Below, piece after piece: positions 42,166 to 48,123 of a DNA stretch of 48,123 nt. Where the stretch lies: positions 1-48,123 of the forward strand of contig JBHICG010000021.1 in the NCBI GenBank assembly GCA_046759445.1. Reading direction: 5' to 3'. The notes below the pieces were generated by a model, which saw only the letters and a program-made list of their open reading frames with translations, had not been told where the DNA came from and did not search any database. Each line of letters begins with the position of its first letter. Positions within the stretch are counted from its first letter, which is position 1. The position numbers were made by a program, and so were the translations under genes. Source of the DNA: Candidatus Scalinduaceae bacterium (GTDB taxonomy: Bacteria > Planctomycetota > Brocadiia > Brocadiales > Scalinduaceae).

Positions 42166-43188
42166 ATGAATTTAGCAGACCCTATCTTTCTTATAGTATT
42201 GATACCATTTGTTTTTTTAATTTTTTTAAGGAAGGAAAAGAGTTTCTTGGGTTATTCAAGTGTAAGGCATTTAAAAGGAACAAAAAGTATCAAAACTTTG
42301 GCAAGACGTTTACCTAAGATTTTTTGCTTTCTAACCATACTATTTGCTGTCCTCGCCTTTTCTAAACCGCAATCTGATTATCATGAGACAGAGATTGCAT
42401 TTCAGGGGCGTGAAATGATACTTTCAATAGATACATCGTTCAGCATGGTTGGGGAAGCGATGGAAACTGTCAAAGGAGTTATAAAGGATTTTATAAGAAA
42501 AAGAAGTAATGATTTGATTGGAATATCTATTTATGGTACGGACGCAGCGCTAATTGTATTGCCTACATGGGAAGTGCAATTACTGGAAAAGACTATAGAA
42601 CGTATAAGACCACATCAGGTTGGTTACAGAACGGCAGTAGGTGAAGGGATTTTTACTTCTACGCTTGCATTGATTGAAGAAGATATGGGTGAAGAGTTTG
42701 AGATCAGGAGGTTGAGAAAAAGTATAAATAAAGTAAGGGGACTCGGAGAATATGCACTTAATTTTGCAAAGAGGGTTGACAAAAAAGGTACGATGAAAAA
42801 CAAGGTAGTAATATTATTTACCGATGGCATATATAATGTTGGAATTAACCCTGTTAGATCTCTCCGTTTGACTAAAAGGTTAGGAGTTAAGGTATATGTG
42901 GTTGCAACAAAACCGTCAGCCGAAACCGGCGTAGAACCTGAGCAGGCTGCAGAAAGAATAGCAGATTTGAAGGAAGGTGTAAAATCAACCGGTGGAAGAT
43001 ATTTTGAAGCCGAGAACTTTAAAGAAATTAAACAATTTTACGAAGAGATAAACAAAATTGAGAAGGACAAGATAGTGGTAGAAAAAATCGTTAAGAAAAG
43101 AGACCTATTGTTTTTTCCAACAGCAATCAGTATTGGCTTTCTTTTTGGGATGATTATGTTAGAAAATGTTTGGTTGAAGATTCCTTGA
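42166..43188 (+). CDS. vWA-domain protein (BatA-like)
   Basis: N-terminal TM helices, MIDAS DTSFS, TAVGEG and LFTDG motifs. Confidence 0.9.
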   Translation: MNLADPIFLIVLIPFVFLIFLRKEKSFLGYSSVRHLKGTKSIKTLARRLPKIFCFLTILFAVLAFSKPQSDYHETEIAFQGREMILSIDTSFSMVGEAMETVKGVIKDFIRKRSNDLIGISIYGTDAALIVLPTWEVQLLEKTIERIRPHQVGYRTAVGEGIFTSTLALIEEDMGEEFEIRRLRKSINKVRGLGEYALNFAKRVDKKGTMKNKVVILFTDGIYNVGINPVRSLRLTKRLGVKVYVVATKPSAETGVEPEQAAERIADLKEGVKSTGGRYFEAENFKEIKQFYEEINKIEKDKIVVEKIVKKRDLLFFPTAISIGFLFGMIMLENVWLKIP

Positions 43189-43345
43189 AGAGTTTAAACT
43201 TGGATTATTTTACAATTATAAAATACAAGAACATTGTTGTTGGGTAAAGGTTAGGAGGCTAGTATGGTAGTTGGGTAAAGTGGATAAGGCCAAAATACTT
43301 AGCCAAAAATATTATTGCTTTGTGGAATTTTATTAGGAGGTTATT

Positions 43346-43546
43346 ATGAAAATTAATGCGGTTTATGAAAAAGGAGTTTTTCGTCCAAGTGAAAAGGTTA
43401 ATCTTCCGGAACATCAAAAATTAGTATTACATTTTTGGCCGGAAATTAAAAGTGATCAAGATCTTGAGAAGACATATGCTGAAGCGTCAACTTCTAGACC
43501 AGATTTGGATGATTGGGAGACAGTTGATATTGAAGGTTGGAAATGA
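43346..43546 (+). CDS. antitoxin, DUF104/AF2212-like
   Basis: INAVYEKGVFRP.EKVNLPE; AGGAGG RBS; ATGA overlap with the toxin. Confidence 0.85.
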   Translation: MKINAVYEKGVFRPSEKVNLPEHQKLVLHFWPEIKSDQDLEKTYAEASTSRPDLDDWETVDIEGWK

Positions 43547-43890
43547 CAACACCGAAACAGGGCGATATTTATTTAATTGCATTGGGCCCAACTATTGGTA
43601 CTGAAATGTCTAAAACCAGGCCAGGTGTCGTGGTATCTAATGATTCTGCAAATAAAGGATCAAATAGGGTTTCTATTGTTCCCATTACATCAGCAAATAT
43701 ATAAAAGATATTTCCTTTTGAGGTTTTATTAAAAGCTACATCAGAAACCAGACTAAACTTTAATTCAAAGGCAGCTTGTGATCAAGTTCGATCTATTGAT
43801 AAACGGAGGCTTCAAAAAAAGCTTGGCTCAGTATCTAAAGACGAAATGGTTAAAATTAAAGCAGCGTTACGAATACATTTCGCATTGTAA
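43543..43890 (+). pseudogene. mazF: PemK/MazF toxin with an in-frame TAA at 43702-43704
   Basis: MTTPKQGDIYL...GTEMSKTRPGVVVSND...IVPITSANI*KIFPFEV...DQVRSIDKRRL; absent from the ORF track. Confidence 0.9.
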
Positions 43891-43908
43891 TCTTGGTCTT
43901 GTTAATTG

Positions 43909-44012
43909 CCTGCCCCGTTAGATAGTTAAAATATGAGTATTTATATATTACAGAAAGAAGAAAGGTTACAACTCTTATAAGTGTAGAGAATAAAGTTTAA
44001 CTAACGGGGTGA
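43909..44012. repeat. CCCCGTTAG...CTAACGGGG inverted-repeat element
   Basis: 9-bp perfect inverted repeat (43913/44009) around an AT-rich non-coding core. Confidence 0.65.
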
Positions 44013-44091
44013 ATAATTTGTGGTTTGAAATTTGTAATTTAACTCCATATGTCTTGGATCTTTGTGCCTGATGAATATTAGGGAGAAATAA

Positions 44092-44676
44092 ATGAGCAAA
44101 AACAATATTATCAAATTAGCATTTTTTATCCTGGCTATCATCTTAATAGCCTATGGACGCGGATATTGGAATCAATGCAAATTAGTTGACAAGGCTAATA
44201 GAGATATATTAATGGGAAGGTATAATAAGGCGTTTGAGTCTTTGAAAGAAGCAAGGGCTTCGAAATTATACAGGATTAGCAGTTTTCTTGGGAAGGAAGA
44301 CCATTATCTTGCGTATAACACTGGAGTGGTATTGATGCTTATGGGAGATAATAAGAGGGCGGGAATAGAATTCAGGAAGGCGATCAAATCAAATAATGAA
44401 ATTATTAGAGAAAATGCGATCTATAATAGAGCGAACTTAATAGCAACAAATATGGATTTTGTTACTGCGGCAGATGAATATACAAAGGCGCTTAAGATAG
44501 ATTCTGAGGATTTTAAAGCAAAGAAAAATCTTGAAAGAATGCGATTAGGCCAGAGACAACTATCAACGTTATTTAGCCCTGTAAAACAAGAAAGAGAAGA
44601 AAGAATACAATCCCTTAAACTCCTTCCGTGGGGAAATAAATATAGATACAGTGGCGATCAGAAGGTTAGATGGTAA
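44092..44676 (+). CDS. TPR protein (BatC-like)
   Basis: YNTG, AIYNRAN and YTKALKID....AKKNLE motifs; operon context. Confidence 0.8.
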   Translation: MSKNNIIKLAFFILAIILIAYGRGYWNQCKLVDKANRDILMGRYNKAFESLKEARASKLYRISSFLGKEDHYLAYNTGVVLMLMGDNKRAGIEFRKAIKSNNEIIRENAIYNRANLIATNMDFVTAADEYTKALKIDSEDFKAKKNLERMRLGQRQLSTLFSPVKQEREERIQSLKLLPWGNKYRYSGDQKVRW

Positions 44677-45383
44677 ATTTGAAAATTGGAATTTTGGGAT
44701 TTACTTGTCATATTAGATAGTTTTTAATAGACAATTATTTTATCTTTCTGCAACAGTAAGCTAATTATTGCATAGCGGGTATTAAGTAAAATACACATGT
44801 CTTAGTCTCTGCAGTATAAATAACTTACGCAATTTTCACTCTCTTTGTCATAAAGTTAAATCAGTTCAAAAGGCAACAAAAGTTTTATTTTTTAGCAACT
44901 AAAGATATTTTAAATGCAACCTCTTTTCCCTCTGTTTTTCTTGATAAGGGCATTTGGTTAATGTAAATATACATCTGTATTGTTCGAATATTTCACCCAC
45001 GTTTGTATTGTACTTACTTTCAGTAAATTTTAGTAGTCGCTTGCATTTAACACTATAGGAGGGATAATAATGCAAAGAGCTACTTTCGCTGTTTCTACTC
45101 CAAATCTTTTCTTACCGATATTTGTACCTCTTTCAGATTGCAAATCACACGGTCATTTAACATCACTTTATCACGTTTCAAGATTTACGAAACGTTTTCA
45201 AATAAATCAATCGAATTTCTTGTTTTCCATTATACTATTGTTCAAGGTTTTTAGAGAATCATAACGTTTATGCCTGGCCCTGCCTCTTGGCAGACATAGT
45301 CAGGAACGTTATTTTCATAATAATAGAAAACTTTTGATAAAGACAAACCTGAGTTATCAGTAGTTATAAAGAAAAAGGTCTTT

Positions 45384-45510
45384 TAACGTACAAGGACGTA
45401 CGTATGGATGTTATTGAAGGATCCCAGGGCTTATAAGAAAGCATTTTTAGACAGCCTTACTGCCAGGGATGGTTTTAAGTGATCATCTTCGTAGTAAGGC
45501 TTTTTTATTT
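45384..45510 (+). ncRNA. candidate CsrA/RsmA-binding small RNA with intrinsic terminator
   Basis: four GGA motifs, two in clear hairpin loops; AGCCTTACT...AGTAAGGCT stem followed by a T-run. Confidence 0.45.
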
Positions 45511-45738
45511 AACAGCGTATTATATTCTAAATTAGTTAGAGAGAGGAGGCGACATAATATGTAAAAATTACATTTTTCATATGCTTTTATCCATGCTCAC
45601 TTAAATATTATTATAATTAGTGGATTACATCTCAGGGTGGATAAGATTATTTAAGTTAGCTTGGGAATAAGGTAAAAGGACTTAAATGTATTCTGTTTTA
45701 ATGGTATTTTTATAATTATAGAAGAAAGGAGAACAGAA

Positions 45739-46614
45739 ATGCACAAGATAGTTAAACTAATAGCCATCTTTATAGGGACAATCGCTGTCTTAGCGAGCTT
45801 CACCAACTTATCAGTGTACGCAGATAACCCACCGGAAGCTATAGATGACTTTGCAACGACAACTAAAAATACGCCAGTGACTATAGATGTAGCAGCTAAT
45901 GATACAGACCAGGATGGTAATTTGGATCCCACGACCGTGGTGGTGTCAGCTCCACCGTCTAATGGTACGGCGATCAGCAACGGAGATGGTACCATTACAT
46001 ATACGCCGGATACAAGTTTCACTGGTATATAGCTATTTCAATACACAATACAGGACACATCAGCGCTCGCAGATATAGGCAATGTGACCATAACAGTACA
46101 AACCCCACAGGCAGCAAATTTACCTATCATCCCAACAATTGCACCCTACAACATACAACAACAAGTAGCGCAAGGGGCAGGATGTATAGATGCGTGGGAC
46201 AAGCTATTGACCACTAACCGATTTGAGTTAGTCATGAACGGCGAGGCTGTATTAGACCATGAGACATGTCTGGTATGGGAACAGTCTCCTGATACGACAG
46301 TGAGAACATGGACTAGCGCACTTACACATTGTTTCCAAAGTGAAGTAGGAGGAAGAGGGGGATGGAGGCTACCGACAATAGAGGAGCTTGCTAGCCTGAA
46401 GGATACTGTGAATACCAATCCCGCACTTCCAAGTGGACATCCTTTTGATACAAATGCTGTGCAGTCGTTCTATTGGTCGTCTACTACCGATGCCGGCTTT
46501 ACCGCGCAAGCATGGGACGTGCACTTCTTCAATGGTAGCGTGGGCAGCGACAATAAGACCATCAACTGGCACGTATGGTGTGTACGAGGCGGACAGGGAC
46601 ATGATGCTTATTGA
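45739..46614 (+). pseudogene. secreted Ig-like (Big_9/cadherin-like) + DUF1566 (CLec-fold) protein interrupted by an in-frame TAG at 46030-46032
   Basis: both track ORFs share a frame; NPPEAIDD...VAANDTD.DG...ITYTP..FTGI*LFQYTI; DUF1566 VLDHETCLVWE, WRLPTIEELASL, YWSST, VWCVRGG. Confidence 0.85.
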
Positions 46615-46635
46615 TTTGGTGATTTGAGTTATTTG

Positions 46636-46917
46636 ACCCTTGTGAAATAGTTTTAAATCTGGAAATGTATTACACATATGTGCTAAAAAGTCATAAGGAC
46701 GGCAAGATGTACACTGGATCAACAAAAGATTTAAAACTAAGATTTGAGCAGCATGAAAAAGGTCTCGTCAAGTCAACCAAGCATAGAAGACCGTTAGAAT
46801 TGATTTACTACGAAGCTTGTCTATCCGAGGAGGACGCATTGCATAGAGAGAAGTATTTGAAAACCCATTACGGCAAAATGTTCTTAAAGAACCGGCTCAA
46901 ATCTTATTTCACAGGGT
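46636..46917. mobile_element. putative minimal element: GIY-YIG gene bounded by inverted repeats
   Basis: ACCCTTGTGAAATA ... TATTTCACAGGGT. Confidence 0.6.
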
Positions 46918-46919
46918 GA
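46665..46919 (+). CDS. stand-alone GIY-YIG nuclease
   Basis: YYTYVL...MYTGST.DL..R...H, LIYYE and A..REKYLK motifs. Confidence 0.92.
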   Translation: MYYTYVLKSHKDGKMYTGSTKDLKLRFEQHEKGLVKSTKHRRPLELIYYEACLSEEDALHREKYLKTHYGKMFLKNRLKSYFTG

Positions 46920-47236
46920 TTATTTTTTTTTAACTGTTACTGTGTTTAGAAAGGTGACAGAGATAGAAGATTCTTAAAAGGAGGGGGTGCAGGGGGGATT
47001 TCTGCCTGTGCCCCACACTTTAAAAGGCTTAATCTGTAAAGCAACACCTTCTCTAACGTACCAGCGCCAATGCCTCACGTATTCCCCAATGCGGTCTTCA
47101 TCCACACTGGTGTGTTGTGTTGTTATTATTGTCTTGTCTAAAAGTGTTCTTTTCTTTCGAGGGAGGCTTTCGTTGCATATAATGGTAAATTATATTGAAT
47201 TATTTAAGGATTACGTGTGTTTACTATAATACCCAT

Positions 47237-47506
47237 CTAAAACCTGGAAATTAATTTCTCATATTCTTGATGTGAGCCAATCCAAAACCAGGTGATGGTG
47301 TTATCCTCTTTTAATCCAAGCGCTCGATAGCCACGACTGATGCGTACAGAATAAATAGGTTCAGTACTGTGTATGGGTTTAAAATACAGGCTGGGATGAT
47401 TAGGATTAGTATTCCATGCCTTATAGGCCTTTACAGCTTGGTTCCGGATGCCCTTTGGAAGTAGGTCAAAATAATTCCAAAACTCTTTGGTGGTACGGGA
47501 TGTCAT
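47237..47506 (-). CDS. RelE/ParE-superfamily toxin
   Basis: FW..F..LP, NPNHPSLYFK, YSVRISRGYRALG and WFWIGSH..Y motifs. Confidence 0.8.
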   Translation of the reverse strand: MTSRTTKEFWNYFDLLPKGIRNQAVKAYKAWNTNPNHPSLYFKPIHSTEPIYSVRISRGYRALGLKEDNTITWFWIGSHQEYEKLISRF

Positions 47507-47727
47507 TTTGTCCTGGATGCCGGATCAAATGGGAGTGTTTCCCCTTTTTTAATATCAGTGCGAACTTTTGCAGCTAGTTTAGAAAGAGGTTGTTGAGAAT
47601 TTGTAAAAGCGGTTTCCCATTTATGTTCATCTTCTAATTCTTCCAGTACAATGGCAGCAATGGCATCCTGTAATGAGTCAGGAAGTTTAGAGGCTCGGTT
47701 AAATGCTTTTTTTAATAGCTTGGTCAT
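47503..47727 (-). CDS. cognate antitoxin
   Basis: MTKLLKKAF..ASKLP...QD.IA..VLEELEDE..W...F; ATGA overlap with the toxin. Confidence 0.75.
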   Translation of the reverse strand: MTKLLKKAFNRASKLPDSLQDAIAAIVLEELEDEHKWETAFTNSQQPLSKLAAKVRTDIKKGETLPFDPASRTK

Positions 47728-47839
47728 AACACCACATTCTATTCAAAAAGAGAATGACAGACAAGAGAAAAATCTAAAAAAGCCTGTATCGAAAAAGAAA
47801 GTTTTGAATTTGAAGTGATATATAATAAGCAAGATTATT

Positions 47840-48123
47840 ATGAGATATAGTAAAAGAAAGAAGACAAAAGTAGCTTGCGGCTTAAGTATGAGTATTTTTT
47901 TGTTCTTGCTTTTTCTCACATACACCAATTATGCTTTGGGTGCACAAACAAATCTTATCATTAAAGGAAATATTACAAACATCCCGCCTAATTCACCTAA
48001 TCTTGTCCATATATATTCTTGGTATGGTAGTGAGTTGTCTGAGATTGATGCGACTTCAGTAAATAAACAAGGAGACTTCAAGCTAGAAATTAAGGATACT
48101 TTGCAGCAAGGTTTATACAAAAT
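47840..48123 (+). CDS. 5' part of an exported protein, truncated by the window edge
   Basis: open frame MRYSKRKKTKVACGLSMSIFLFLLFLTYTNYALGAQTNLIIKGNITN...; signal peptide. Confidence 0.65.
   Translation, partial: MRYSKRKKTKVACGLSMSIFLFLLFLTYTNYALGAQTNLIIKGNITNIPPNSPNLVHIYSWYGSELSEIDATSVNKQGDFKLEIKDTLQQGLYK

Noticed and set aside
46030..46032. Pyrrolysine or alternative genetic code
   Set aside because: TAG serves as a normal stop for other genes here (e.g. PIN, PilZ, MerR), and no pyl genes are in the window
1459..46725. Numerous antisense or alternative-frame ORFs in the track overlapping well-supported genes
   Set aside because: Shadow ORFs without motifs or RBS

Overview
AT-rich bacterial chromosomal window. 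The gene content and protein style suggest an anammox planctomycete (Ca. Scalindua/Brocadiales-like), which is an inference. The housekeeping backbone comprises LOG, htpG, an AddA/UvrD helicase-nuclease, thiD, a partial type II secretion cluster (gspD-I-J-K-hyp-H), a PrsA-like foldase, an adenosine-specific kinase, PilZ, an aquaporin, ribBA, a pgsA-like gene, carAB, slyD, a MerR/HspR-like regulator, SemiSWEET, mtnP and a MoxR-DUF58-BatD-vWA-TPR operon. Five accessory features stand out. (1) A compact operon of an AsnB-like amidotransferase, an uncharacterised 415-aa SAM methyltransferase and a betaine-type ABC importer with a circularly permuted binding domain is a candidate synthesis/uptake system for a novel methylated, amidated osmolyte. 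(2) A secreted Ig-like + DUF1566 gene has a 3' end with the codon signature of a diversity-generating retroelement variable region; no RT or template is visible in the window. (3) A GIY-YIG nuclease gene lies inside its own inverted repeats, with an apparent non-coding relative nearby. (4) An intergenic GGA-hairpin cluster with a terminator is a candidate CsrA-titrating sRNA. (5) Several families of nested MITE/REP palindromes occur, one of them translated in frame inside addA. Several toxin-antitoxin modules are present, including a nonsense-inactivated mazF. No rRNA, tRNA, CRISPR array or transposase was seen.
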